From Trichosphaerium sp. ATCC 40318 (taxonomy: Eukaryota > Protista > Tubulinea), in contig JALMLS010000309.1 in the NCBI GenBank assembly GCA_038496445.1, positions 124,001-188,000 of the forward strand: 64,000 nucleotides of DNA. The letters run 5' to 3'. The translations under genes and the position numbers were made by a program. Every line of letters begins with the position of its first letter. Position 1 is the first letter of the stretch. Under the pieces are notes generated by a model that was not told the DNA's origin, made no database searches, and was given only the letters and a program-made list of their open reading frames with translations. Shown piece after piece: positions 1 through 13,684 of this stretch.

Positions 1-1931
1 TTGAGTTTTTAATCTAGCTTTAATGTATTCTGCTAGTTCATTTCTATTTACTTTATCTTGTGTTGACGCCTCAAGATCTTTTACCATTACAAATCCTTCT
101 TTAAGTTCTGTTTCACCAGCAATTACAGCAAGTGGAATATTATTATCATTACAATAATTCATCTGTCGTCTCACTTTTGGGTTTACCTTATAGTCAAACT
201 CTGCATTTATACCAGAAGACCACAATTCATTACATATTCTTAACCTATCTTCAGGAGGAATCTTGACACCAACCTACAATGAGACTAAGTTAACAACAAA
301 AAAACTGTCAAGCCACAAAAAAATTGGTTGCAGCTCAATAACTCTTTCTTTGGGAGGGTATCACTTACAACCATAACATCTGTATCACTTTCTCTAGTTT
401 CTTCAGCATTTAAGGAATCTTTTTTATGCTGTAGGATACGTTCAACACCAATACAAAAACCAACAGCTGGCATATTTCTATCACAAAACTTCGTGATCAA
501 ATCATCATATCTTCCACCACCAGCAATAGAACCAACAGCAGCATTACTGGCTACAGCTTCAAAAACAACACCAGTATAATAATCAAGACCACGTGCCAAG
601 CTCAAGTCAAACGACACCTAGGTGAGCGTTTAACGCTGATAGAAAAAGTAAGATAATACCTTATCCAAACAAGAAAGTGCATCAAGGTATTTGAAAAGCA
701 CTTCAAGCTCATCCAATGCTTTCTTCGCTCTTTCATTTTCACTTATTTCGTTATCTTCCCTCAGCCTTTTCAATAGCTCCATTGGTTCACCTTATACGAG
801 TTACACAAGGGAAAAAAAAACAAAACAAAAGTTACCTTTGAAGTCCATGTATTCTCCAATACTATCTGCAATCTCTGCTGTTAAACCCTTTGTCAGCATC
901 TCATCACGCACTGCACTCCATCCCTTTGAGTCGATTTTATCCACAGCAGAGCAAATACTACGAAACTTATCTTCTGCTACACCACATATCTCAAACATTC
1001 CATCGAGCAATGCTCTGTGTGATACTTTAATTGTAAAGTCTCCAATATCAACTTCTGAAAGTATTTCAGCACAAAGCTTGATACAATCTGCATCAGGTAA
1101 CATTGGAGATGCTTCCTCTCCAGCAATATCATAATCCTATATCACGTGATTAGTCATCCTGGAAAAAAGGGCGTGGAAACCATTTTTCTGTGACAGGAAG
1201 AAAATGTTAATGTAAAACTTGTCAACTGCTCATCGTTTTGGATGACAAAATGTGTGAGCCAAGTCTTGAGGAAGTTGAATTGCATATATGCGACTAATAG
1301 TGTATACACAATACGTACACACTGATAAAACTCTCTATAGCGACCTTTTGTAATTTGAGGGCCTTCACGACGCCAAACTTTAGCGATTTGATATCTCTTT
1401 ATCTTTCTGATCAAATGAGTTGCACAATAGCGTGCCAAAGGTACAGTAAGATCATAACGTAGTGCCACACGCTCAGTTTCCTGTTGAGCAAGCTCAAATA
1501 TTTCTTTTTTGGAGTCCTCACCGTACTTCTCTGAAAGAAACTTAATCAGTGAATTGCCATGACATTTGTGACATTACATGTCATTGTTAACGGCCCAAGC
1601 GTACCTGTTAATGTACTCTGAAGTTCATATATAGGTGTATCAATAGTTCTAGCACCGTGGCGTCTAAAACAACGCCTTATAACGTCAAATGTTTTTTCTC
1701 GTATCAGCATGTCTGCAGGCGCTGTAGGAGGATCATAATTAGTTTAAATGATGCTTTAAGATCCATTTATGGCGTTTATTAAGCGTACAGAAGTCTCTGG
1801 TTCCTGTAGGCAGTTTTGGTTTTCTTGTTTTTTGTTTGTTTTTTTTTTGGTGCTCCGCTATTGAAACAAATGAGTTGAAGCGATTTGAAATAAAATTAAG
1901 CGTTTCTGTTGATGTATACTTTACACTTCAT
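1..1931 (-). CDS. HARS: Histidyl-tRNA synthetase (multi-exon; 3' end runs off window; start approximate)
   Basis: Exons encode [29 protein letters not shown]|[23 protein letters not shown] and a C-terminal anticodon-binding domain. GT-AG introns. Confidence 0.95.
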
Positions 1932-2018
1932 TGTTTCATGTCAATTAACGCGTAAAAATCATATTTAAACGTAAATTAATCATTTTAAGCTATTAATAAG
2001 TACGTTGTGGGTTTTTTG

Positions 2019-2188
2019 TTTTGTATCGAACACCCAGCCTCGGGCGATAACCTATAGGTCTGACACGCACAGCGTACTTGAACATCCCGAATAGAAACGC
2101 TTCTAATCTCACTGAAGTAACCCCTAACTTAAAGACAGCCGCCAACTTTTGAAACAGGGTGTTGAAACAGAATCTCATATTTTTTTTT
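2019..2188 (+). ncRNA. Candidate structured ncRNA (~160 nt) of unknown class; strand uncertain
   Basis: GC-richer intergenic island. Terminal stem aacaccc(2029-2035)/gggtgtt(2157-2163) extends to about 15 bp; inner stem tcggg/cccga; ends in T9 (2180-2188); contains TAACCCCTAAC (2118-2128). Confidence 0.25.
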
Positions 2189-2317
2189 GTACATGTGTTG
2201 TCAATGATCTCTGGAGTCCAAATAGTAAAACGTTGTGATGAGTACCAGTAATTAGTATGGTCAATGGTGTTATTTGATTTTTAATAATTTGCAAAAACAA
2301 TAACAAATTTGTTATCC

Positions 2318-4659
2318 TTATTTTTTTTCTTCTTTAACTGTTGCTTCACCTTCTCCTTCTCCTTCTCCGTTTCCTTCCATCATTTTCTCAGGATCAGCTT
2401 CCGTCTTAACTGTTCTGATTTGTCTTTCATATATTTGAATATAAGCCTACACGTGCAGTTAGCAACAAAGTTGAAGCAAAAAAAACAAAAAAAAAACTTG
2501 ACATGTCAAGACTCTTTTTATCCTTTTATGTAATTACCTCAGAAAGAGCTACTAATTGTGGGAAAACTGGCTCTACGATTAAATCTTGCATATTATAGAA
2601 CCCACCAGAACTCTAGAAAAAAAGTAAGTCAAAAAAATTACGAAGAAACAAAAAAAAAAAAAACCCTTGCACCTTATGAAGAACATGAACAGAGTATGTT
2701 TCTCTTACTTCCTTGTTAAGTGTAAGTTCCTTTTTTCCAGGCGCACCATGGTGCATTATATTAGCAATAAGTTTATACTTTGTAACACCCTTGTAGAGTG
2801 TAGTATCAACGTATTCTTTGAGCTCCAAATTCTTGATAGGGAAGTTGGCAATAGTCGGATTTTTCTCGATGAAGAACATGTTCTTTGAGAATCTCTTCAA
2901 TGATAGTATAAGATACTTTGGTAATCTTGTTATTTTATATGTTCTGAACTCTTTAGCTGTAGCAACGTACTATAAATGAAGGCATAAGTTGGAGTACAAG
3001 GTAGAGTTTTTTGAAGAAAAAAATTGTTTTTTGGATTGGATTTTCTTCCGCTTGACTTACGTGTTCTTTTACGCCATTGTATTTGTTCAATAGTGTGTAT
3101 AGAGGTATTTGCGGAATAATATTATACTCAATTTCATCCTTCATCAAAGGCGCAGGTGGAATGTCAAGGTTAAGGAAAAAAAACGGCATTTTCTTATCAT
3201 ACTCTTTTCCTTGTGCTAAAAGAAAAAAAAACAATTAGAACTAAAACAACAATTACTCATTTATATACACGTACTGCGTTGTCTCTTTCCTACATGCTCC
3301 TTACCGTGAACACTTAGAATACCTTGAAAGCATTTGTTTATAATACCTTAAAAATAGGCATTAGTACAAAGCTGTTTTGTTGTCAAGTTGTGATTCTTGT
3401 TTTTTTCTTTGTTTTTTTTTTTTTGACACGTGAAAAGCGCTTTGAGAATAAACGTACTAGATGATCTTTTCTTTGTTCCTTTAAAGTCTCTGTGAAGTGT
3501 ATTTAAGAACCAAGTTAAAAAATCAAGAGGATCTGCAGCAGCACCAATTTCAAAGCGTTTTTTGCTTCGAACTGCTATTTCTTGTACTAGTTCATGAGGA
3601 CTAGCTTGCGCCTTAAAATTAGCAGGGTTCCACATCTTTCTCAGTAACAACCCAAATTGTTGTACCAACTCAGATCGCACCTAAAAGTATTATTATTTAA
3701 CGAGAAAATCCATAAAGAGAGATTGTTTGTGAATAGCAACATGAAACGAAAAAAAAGAAGAAAAGAAAAAAAAGTCAAACATTTTGACACGAAATTTCAA
3801 CCGTTAACAGTTTTCAAGTAACATAAAGTGTCACTCTTTTTTTTGTTTTGCTCTTGACTTTATCAAGAACAATGCGATGATAAATATCAATATTACAATA
3901 AAATCAACTACATCTCATGACGTCAAGAGCAAAACAAAAAAAAAACAAAAAAAAAATTGAAGACACTTTTTTTTCTTAGAGTTGAACTCTTTGTAGAGCT
4001 TGTACGTACCGATTTGTAATTTTCTGGTAGCAAGAAGAAGTTACGAAGGTCTGTGCATGCACACAAGGATTGTAAAGCGACATTCAAGTATTCATTTCCT
4101 TTAATGTTGTTCAATCCGACTATGCCTGGTTTGTATTGTTTTCCTTGTAATGTACGGCATTGTATGTCCTTGGTGTCAAGATCTTTAATGAGTTGTTTGT
4201 CGTAAACCGGATTTAGGACTCTCTATTTAAAAACAGTGTTAGAGTAACTGTAGGACGTGATGTAGTGGGTGTAAACGACTTTGAGCTTTGACTTACCGTA
4301 ATGTTATTTAGTGATGGATCAATAACCTCGTAGTTGTCTGGGAGGCAATAAAACTTACCGGACCGTACGTTGATGAATACGTGGTGATCCGCTTGTAGAC
4401 TGTGGACGTGAGCTGCTGTACCCATCCCTCTGCCTTGGTAGTACTTTCCGCATACGCAACACATGTATATATTCGTGATTGCGAGCGTTTCGCAGCAAAT
4501 TTTTTCAAAATCAAAATCAATTACACTACGATCGACTGTAGGCAAATAAGGGCATCGTTGTGTGGTTACATTAACTTTTTTTGCTTTCTTTACTGTGGCT
4601 TGTTCTGCTCCATCATTTCCCTTGCGTTTGGTGCCTCTAGATTGCGAGGTGTTGCTCAT
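2318..4659 (-). CDS. USP39: U4/U6.U5 tri-snRNP-associated protein 2 (USP39/Sad1), multi-exon
   Basis: ZnF-UBP exon (CPYLPTVDRSVIDFDFEKICC...YMCCVCGKYYQGRG), GLNNIKGNEYLNV, LLRKMWNPANFKAQASPHEL, FIEKNPTIANFP, terminal AYIQIYER exon. Confidence 0.95.
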
Positions 4660-4810
4660 GAGTGGTACCACAACGCTAAACCGTCTCTTTGCCTTCGCTC
4701 GGTTTAATACGATTTTATTTTTTCGACCCGGGAAAAGCAACTTTTTTCAAGATTAGTCAAAAAAATCGCTGTACTCTTCTTTATACCACCTTTTGTACCC
4801 ATTAAAGTAG
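4660..4810. promoter_or_regulatory. Probable bidirectional promoter, USP39/XPOT
   Basis: Head-to-head ATGs 151 bp apart. Confidence 0.6.
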
Positions 4811-7800
4811 ATGGCTGACGCCATTGAACAGGCAGTGATCGCGCAGCAGTCCCAGAATGAGGAGCTACGAGTCCAAGCATTAACTTTCTTCAACCAGTTG
4901 GCGGATTCGCCAAATGGGTGGCAGCAATGCATTCAGAAATTATTTTCAACTTCAGAGGCGACAGTTACTTTTTTTTGCTTGCGTATTATATCAAACACCA
5001 TATTACACAAGTACGCATCCATTATTATACGTAATCCGCTGATTTGAAAACGAGATACGATGCCTTAGACAAAACAGCGCAATCGTCATTAAAACAATCT
5101 CTAATGCAATTTGCAACACAGAAGCTCACGTCTCCAAACGTTTTAGGTACAATTCAAGCCTCTTTAGAGAATCGAAATTTACTCAAAAACAAAAACGCAA
5201 AAACCTGTGTATTCATTTTTTCCGAATATTTTCTCTTAATCGCTCTTATTAACACAAAAACGTAGTTGGTTTAAAGAATACTGGCATGTGGGTGATAGTT
5301 TTATTGTTTAAACGAGAATACCCTCAAAATTGGCCAACTTTCTTTCAGGATTGGATGACGCTAATGAGTTCTAATCAAAATCCTGAAGGACACCTTGGTT
5401 AGTGTTTAATGATTCAAAATTAACGCTTCGACGTTAACGTGTCTGTATTTAGATCTCTTCCTTCGTATAATGGTTCAAATACATCAGGAGGTAGTATCTC
5501 ATGAGGTGCATAGATCAATGGGTGATATGCAACGTAATGGGTTACTTGTACGTTGAATTACTTGTTTTTTTTGACAAATTGGTTTTTTATTCTTTTATTT
5601 TTTGGTGCGCTTATGATTTGTTTTATAGAAAGATCACATGCGTGAAAGGGCAATGAGTACTATTGCTGATGTTTGGTATGCTATATTGGTAAAATATCAT
5701 AGTACCATTCCGGACTTTGCAATAAGAACGTTGGAGGTATTGAAATTGTATATACGTGCGTATAATTATGTTTACAAATCAAAAAAAAAATTTCTAACGA
5801 TCACCTCAAAGCTTGGATTCCCCTCAACTTGGTTGTCAACGACAAGTTTATAAAATTATTGTATGAATTCATGAATATCCCTGCTATGGCTGCATACACA
5901 GCTGAAGTATTCTATGAGGTATAATCTTCATAATTTTTTTTTTTCATTTCATTTGTAAATTTTTTTTTTACCATGTCTTATGGTTTTATTCGTTGTATAT
6001 TACTATGTACTTATTCTAGTAATTAAATACCTTTTTTATTTACTTTTTGTAATGTTGTAGATTGTAAACAAAGGAATGCCAAATGCAGACAAACTTCAGT
6101 TAATTCTACAATTACGCATACATTTATTCATTCCTACTGCAAATTTAAAGGATGGTGACCCTGATTTCTTGCTTCAATTATCTAGAATCGTTGATTTAAT
6201 GAGCACAGAAGGCCTAAATGGTGTACGTATTTCAAGGACTCTTTATTCAGTGAAACACGTGTCAAAATGAGTAATTTGTTGTTTTGACATTTTTATTTTA
6301 TTTTTAGGCGGATACACCACAAGGCGCTCAAATATTACAACACGTGATACCACTAATGATGGGGTTTTTAAGCCACGAGGATGATAGCATATCTGAGTGC
6401 TGTATACCTTCGGCTGGGTTGTATATAAATAAGGTAATACTAGCATCAATTATAACAAATATTTGCAGTTCTATGACATTCAAACTCGAAGATTTTTTAC
6501 TCCATGAAATACTGTCTTTATAAGCAAAATATAACACAAGTATTTCTGGAGTGAGAAAAAAAATAATTGAGAATGAACCAAGCAACTGCAACTCATATTA
6601 TTTTTTTTGATTTAATTTTTTTCGTTTATTAGTACTTTTGTCCGTGTTGTTGATATTGTATTTTATTAGTTGAAGGCTATGGGAACACTATCAGAACCTC
6701 ATCAAAAATCATTAATGGATTTGGCTCAAATATTGAGAAAGAAAATGACTTATTATGAAGAAGAGTATGACTTTGCTAATAAAGGTGAACCTGAGGAGCT
6801 ATTTGACCAATTCCGAAAGGTACATATCCACTCTCATCCTTAAAAATATTTCTTTTTCTTTCTTTTATGTTGAATAGCACGTGGTTAACACACTTGTTTT
6901 AAACTCTAGAATATTGGAAAATTATTTAAAAATATTGCACGTGTATTACCTGAACGCATGGCTGGTTTTGTTAAAGAACACATTGCCAATATTGCCAATG
7001 TACCTACTTTTGATATTGAGGTTAATTTACACATGGTATATATCCTCGGAGAAGCAATCCATTCAAGTAAGCACGCACGACACCACAACAAGAATTTTCT
7101 TTCTAGATTTACTCTTGTTCAAAAAGTCATTTCTTACCGTCTCATAGATGAAGTGCAAATCAAAGCTACTACACCTTATTTCCAGGATATAATGCGTATT
7201 TTGATAACAAGCCAAGTGGCTTCTCATCCTCACAACGCTATCAGTTATGTTTTCTTTCAAAATGTAGTACGATACTGTAAGTGTATTGCAAGAGACTCTC
7301 AGTTGATTACACAAGCGCTAGCTACTTTTTGTGACGTAAGGTAATAATAAGAGAAAAAAAACAGGCCGACTTCAATATTTAGACGGTACCTTGCTTATAC
7401 ACTTACTAGGGGCGTCATGCATCCTAGATCAAGTGAGAGACAGCTAAGGTCTTATCTATTTGCTCGGTTTTGTAAACAAATGCGGTCACGTCTACGACCA
7501 CTACTAGGAGAAATCATCACAACACTCTTGGTACACAATTAACGGAAAAAAAACCACGTGTTTTGTGTCGGTTTTATTTTTTTAACCCGCTTAAAATCCT
7601 ATCATGTTCATCTTTGCGTGTTGCTTATGCCTAAACCTTAGCCTATTATATCCACAAACGGTCAGGTGCCAAACTTTGATGATGCTAAATTGAAGATTTA
7701 CGAAGCTATTGGACTGCTTGTTGGTAACGCACAACCTGAAGTGCGTTTGAATTATACACAAGTACGTTCTTTGTTTACCACTTGTTTTTTCTTTTTTTTT

Positions 7801-9684
7801 TTGCTTATATTTGTCATCCTTACGTTTTTGTTCTTTAGATGTTCGTAGCACCGCTCAATAAACACATGCTTGATATGGCCAGCAAGAAACTGTACATACC
7901 TGACCCACATCAAGGCGTGACAAGGTTGAAGCAATTCTGTCAGTTCATTGAAGCGGCACGTTCATTTTCTAAAGGTACAGAAATGCAACTGTTTCTTCTT
8001 GATGTTCACCTTCTTGTATTAGGATTTGCGTTCAAAGCAAACCAAGCTGAGAGCAATGCAATCTTTGCACAAACTTTACAAATTGCATTAGAGGCAATGA
8101 AAGACCTAAAGGGCGAAGAATCATACCGTAGCACAGTAAGCTTTATTTTATCAATATTGAACAAATTGATAAATTTCGTTTAGGTCATAACTTACTTACA
8201 CAGTATGGTTATGTGTTTTTCTGATGGCATTTTACCATTTGCAACTCCAGGTACCTTATATATTCACTAGAGTTTATTCTTGTTCTCACTTACTCTATTT
8301 TAAGCTCTACAGTTGCTATTAAGTACTGACTGTGGTATCATGGATTTTATTAAGATACTAGAGTTTGTGCAACAGATTATTTGCCGTTTGCAGGATAAAG
8401 CGATTGATGTTATAAACGCAGTATTTCTTCCTATTATAGAACGTATTATGGCCATGTTTAACAAAGGTATACGTTGTGACACTTTAAGTTGTTTTACGTC
8501 AATATTTCAACAATCGATTTTTGTTTACCTTAAAAAACAAATTCAATCGACTTTCCCATGCTAACACTCAATATTAGGACCTGTTACAGAACAAAGTGAG
8601 GAAGAGCGAGAACGCAATGAGTTACTTAAAGTATACTACCACTTTTTGTTCGCAGTAACCCACAACAAACTCATCAAGATCTTATTCACTCCAGGTTTGA
8701 ACTCAGCGGAGAATTTTTCCTTACTTTTTTATGCTTACTGTTGTATCTAGAAAACAATGGAGCGCTTGATAGGCTTATTGCAACTATACGTGATGGTGTG
8801 ATGTACTTTAAAGACCCACAAGTACGTTTCTTACAAATGAAGACTTTAAGTCCTAAAAAAAGAGTCGTAGGTACAAAAAAATAGCATAGGTATTTATAGA
8901 GACCTTATTTCTGATTGGCAAGGACCTCCAGGTATGAATACAAGAAAATCCGTAAATGAAAAGACGCGAGCTTTCCTTTTTAAGAAATTTTTGCTTTTTC
9001 GGCTCGTCTTGCTTTGTATTGTCATCTACGCTTCCTTTAACGCTATATTTTATCGCTCTGGTGTATGATTCTTAATACCTTTCGTTTATAGACAAGTTTG
9101 ACGGATTGCTTCAAGAAGTCATTGGTTTGCTCATGAAACTTCCTCTAGATAATCGTTTCAACCTTGACGACGCACAAACTGTCAATATGGTATGTTTGAA
9201 GATAACTTTTTTTTGGGTATTTTTTTTTTGTGTCATTCGCGTGTATCCCTCTTACTTTCTCCAACTCTATTTTGGGTTGGACCTAAAATTACAGTCACAA
9301 AGCGCGGTTTTTACCTACGCGTTAGTTGTTTTTATAAAAATCGAACAGTTTGTTTTCTCACTCAAAGGTGTTTAGGTGCTCATGGAAATCTCTCACGCTC
9401 ATCACACTATTCTAAAGAAGTGTGGTGCGCAGTTTGAACAGTATTTGGCGCGTTCGCTTCGATCTCTTTGTTGTGATGATGCCCTCATTGCACAATACGT
9501 ATCACATATGAAAGCAGGCAAAGTAGCTGCATTCAAAACATTTTTACGGGTAAGTACAAGTAAAGAAAATATTTGTTTATGACAATGACGACATCAGAAA
9601 TTTCGCCGTTTTTCGTTACAAATACAAGTTTTGGTTCTAACTAATTTCTAGCGTTTCTTCGCTGCCAAGAAGGGTGCCACATGA
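4811..9684 (+). CDS. XPOT: Exportin-T (tRNA exportin, Los1/XPOT), many exons
   Basis: Importin-beta-like N-terminus; LLFKREYPQNWPTFF, LKDHMRE, EELFDQFRK, VYILGEA, FFQNVVRY. Ends RFFAAKKGAT-TGA. Confidence 0.88.
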
Positions 9685-11919
9685 CAGTAAATGTTGCAAG
9701 TAATAAAAAATACTTTAAAGAACTTGAGACTTTTTTTTTTGTACGCGCTGGTAGTACTTCTCTACAGCAATTTTTAGACCACCCGCGGGAATTCCATAGC
9801 GTAAGTTTATCGGTTTAGAATAGGAACGGTTTTTTTTTTCGGCAGCGTCTCAAAAACAGGTCGTACATAAAGAACACACAACGTTCCCGTATTACGTGAA
9901 GATTGGGGAACGAAAAAGGGGAAGAGAAAGTAAGCGGAAGTCTTTTTTGAGCAGCTTAAGTTGGGAACACGCGACTGTTACCACTTTATCAATTATCCAA
10001 AACCACAAGCTCTACGCAACAACACCTACATTACTACAACAAAACAATGTCTGTTATAACACTAAACAACGCTGCAACGTCTACACAACTATCATCGCCC
10101 CAGAGGGCTGTAAGTCTCAAAGCCGAGTGTCAAAGGTACTAACTCAAAGCGTCAGACGTGTTATTTACAAGTTATTTCTTTTAGATACATTGGACTCGAC
10201 AAGGTTTTCACGTTTTACTTCCCAATACACCTCGGAGAATACTGTATACAAGTATGGCTCATACAGACTATCCGCTCGGGTAAAAAAAACCCAACAGTAA
10301 AGTAAGTAACCCACTTGAGTTAAAAATTCAACAAAAACCGACTTTCTCTCTATTTCTTCTCATTCTAACGCTCTATTACTAGGCAACAAGGTGACACTGC
10401 ATATGGTATGGCTATATACGAAGATGGAGACCTTGTAGATCCAACAGTTGATGATCGATTTAGTGATCTATCATGGGCTCTTTGTACCGATAACTGGGCT
10501 GATTCTACATTTACAATAGCGCAATTATCGGTTATATTCAGAGACATCAGCTGCGCGTAAACTTTGAAGAAAAAAACCATCAAACAAATCACAGCTACAC
10601 TCCTTTAATAATGTATATGGGTCGCCTGGGATGCTATCGCATGTATATATAATGACTACAGACCGTTCAAAAGCGATTGCGACCATTCGGTTGAATAATC
10701 GGATATTTTCTCCCCTTAAACGCGTCAAAACATAGCTCATAACTTGTACTATACAACACAATGTACTATAATACAAAAAAAAAAACTCCATGTCGGGGTT
10801 TCTTCGCTACATTTTTGCTCTTGTTTTTTTTTTTTTTCGATTAAATCATCTGTTCTTTGCGCTGTACGTTCTACTTTCTAGTTCACTATCTCAATTAGGG
10901 TATCTTTTTTTGTGACAAAGAAGGTTCAATGGCGTTACACATAACATCATTAGTTTCTGGTATAATAACTGAATATATGAATACCACAGTAATGGAAAGT
11001 GTTTGGAGATGGTTTTTGCTTGGTCATAACTTTTTATAAAAAGTAAGAGTCGCTCAAGGAGTTCGTCTACGCGTTCGCGTAGTGTGGGGAGCGCTATTTT
11101 TCGGAATGTCACGTGGGGTAGCTTTTTTTTAATTTGTCTTCGTAGTGGAGATTGTAAATCACTGCGTGATAATCCGATACTCTAAAGAGATACATATGGC
11201 TTGTTGTAGCTAATTGTAGTGAGAAAACAAGGAGTTGCTGTTCACTTAACGTGAACAATACTTCGTTTGCGTTTTGGTTTTTTTACGCTTTGCCTTGTTT
11301 CCTAGTCGTGTATAACACTACACTAAAACTCACGTGAATTACGTTATAGTTCTTGTTCATAGCGCTAACAGTTATGAAAACGACTTTTGGGAACAGCTAT
11401 CATGCAATGTAACTACTCCGGAAGGGAGTTCATCAACATTTTGTGTTGACCCATACGACTCAGTTCACCGCCATGCAATATAATCTAACTGTTGACGTTT
11501 TTTCTTCTTGACATATGAGATTGTTCCGAAAGGTAAGTTGCTACAGTGCATAGCAAGTTCCGTCTAATGTTTTTTTGCCTAAGCTTGCTTCATAACCTAT
11601 CTCAAGAGATGTAATAGCGAATGGTAACACGGTCTAGCTGTGCATGGATGTGGTCCGTCGGTCTTTGCTGACTACAAACTCTGTAGATTTTGTTTGCACT
11701 TGGTGAGTTTTACAAAGAAAAAACACCTCAATGTACTTCCAGTTCCTGATGGAAGTTGTCTTACTTTATGTCATAATCTACAACAAAAACAAACGATACA
11801 CCATGAGTGTACTACAAGTCCAAACACAACTAGATGACGACTACCACAAATTGAAAAGTGCCTTTTTTTTTTTTGTAATCACTCAATCCGTCATTGTCCT
11901 CTTTTCTCACTGTTTATAG

Positions 11920-12620
11920 ATTCAAGATGGGCAAAGGAAGTCCTTATACTGGTTACAATGTAGTCGATAATCATTAATGTGTTTATTGAAACAATGGGAA
12001 ACGAGGGTGACAATTGGCAAACACTTGTTGAAACACTACCAGAAGATGCAGTGATGCAGTGACATTTTACGTTGGTAGTGGAAAAAAAAACCTCTCTCGA
12101 AAGCAAGCAATGAATGTGTTGAAAGACCATTTTCCTGAAGGTGGTACGAACTCCCTGAGAACTCAAAAAACAAGTATCGCAGTCCCATACACAACTGTTG
12201 AAGAACACAAAGGACTTCACACCTCGCAGAAAACTTCGAGTTAACAGTTTCATCCAAACTACGACGAAATTTGGATGAGCTAGTCAAAACGAGGAATGTC
12301 AACCCAGCGTGCGATATCATTTCCCAAGTTATTCCGTCAGCTTGCATGTTGACCGTGGATGTTTAGACCATGATTTGCTGTTTTGGATGTGTTTTATATT
12401 GAGGTTATTTTGATAATAATGAGATTATGGCTCGTGTACTGAGAGGTTTCCTGACAGGATGAGAACTAGCACAAGGATCCCAAAAAGGAAAGAGAAGAGA
12501 AACGACGTAGCTGGTATGGTGGGCGTTAAATGCCAGCCCACAAGTCTTTAGACAGTAACTACATATGAAAGAGAAAGATAACGTTCGAATTTTCGCTGGA
12601 AGGTACAGCAGTTTCAAAAT
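11920..12620 (+). pseudogene. Degraded coding relic, possibly vWA-domain-like
   Basis: Coding-like stretch (LVETLPEDAV..TFYVG..AMNVLKDHFPEGGTN) broken by stops and an 8-bp tandem duplication gatgcagt (12045-12060). The vWA call rests only on the P.GGTN motif. Confidence 0.25.
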
Positions 12621-13684
12621 AATGATCGTGTTGCCAATGTAAGAGCTGTTGCTACTGAGTTGAAAGTTAAGTGATTCTGCTTTATTTAGGTTTCAATGAT
12701 TACAATGTTGCGTTCGACATGTCATTAATCTCAGAAGAAAGTATCATGTCATCAAGGAAACCAGCAATAGTCTTTGTCCGTTTCATTTTTTTTCTTCGAA
12801 ATTGTAGTACAGCGTGCTACTGTCTCATTGCGCATAACTCATTTTTACTAAAAATTATAACAAGGGATTTGACTTGCAATAACGCTATTTTGTGCTAACG
12901 TTAAGCCTGAGTTTTCGAGACGGTTTGTGAACATAGGTAGCCTTTTGCAACTCTGAAAGCTATACTATTAGTGTATCCTTATGGTGTACTTTAGGTGAGC
13001 ATAATAAGTACAGAAAGTCACGTACGTTTAGTGGCCTTTTAAAAAGTATGCTTTAGCGTAAAAATAAAATAGCTATTTCAGGTCAAATCCAAGTAATTTT
13101 AATACACTTTACTTTGCCTATGCACTTTTTTGGGATGTATTTATTAACAATTATCCCCTTGGGAATCGTAAAAACTTATCCTGTCGCAACCTTTATTAGT
13201 AAACCCAGAAATACGTAGTAGCTTAGTTGCAATATTTTTTGTTACCACAATTTTTTTTTTTGAACAATAGTCCAGTTTTTAATAAACCCATAGGTTGATG
13301 TATAATTAGATCTAGTAGTCTTATCTCGCTTTTCACGCCGGTTACCATGGTTCGATTCCATGCTTGGCTTCGGCCATGTAGTATAATAGGTAATACACCG
13401 TAACTCGTTCTCTCCTTGGGGAGTTCACTAGGTCTTTTTTTTTGATAACATTTTACCGACAGATTTTCATTCTGACTTGCATTGCTGATAATAATGCTAC
13501 GCTCCCTTCCAGAGCATTGAAACAACGTCATCACCTCTATTAACCTTTAGTACCCACAAAAAAGCAACTCAAAGGAACAACAAGAGTATTGTAAGTTTGT
13601 AGTTAATTGAACAAGTCGTGTGTAGTGTTTTTATTTGTTTTTTTATTAAAAACAATACAAGTCAACAAAGACAGAGAAAGAAAC

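Noticed and set aside
12972-12985. gtatcctt, a U12-type donor-like motif
   Set aside because: Not within any gene model I could build; I saw no AT-AC or U12-type intron in the reconstructed genes.
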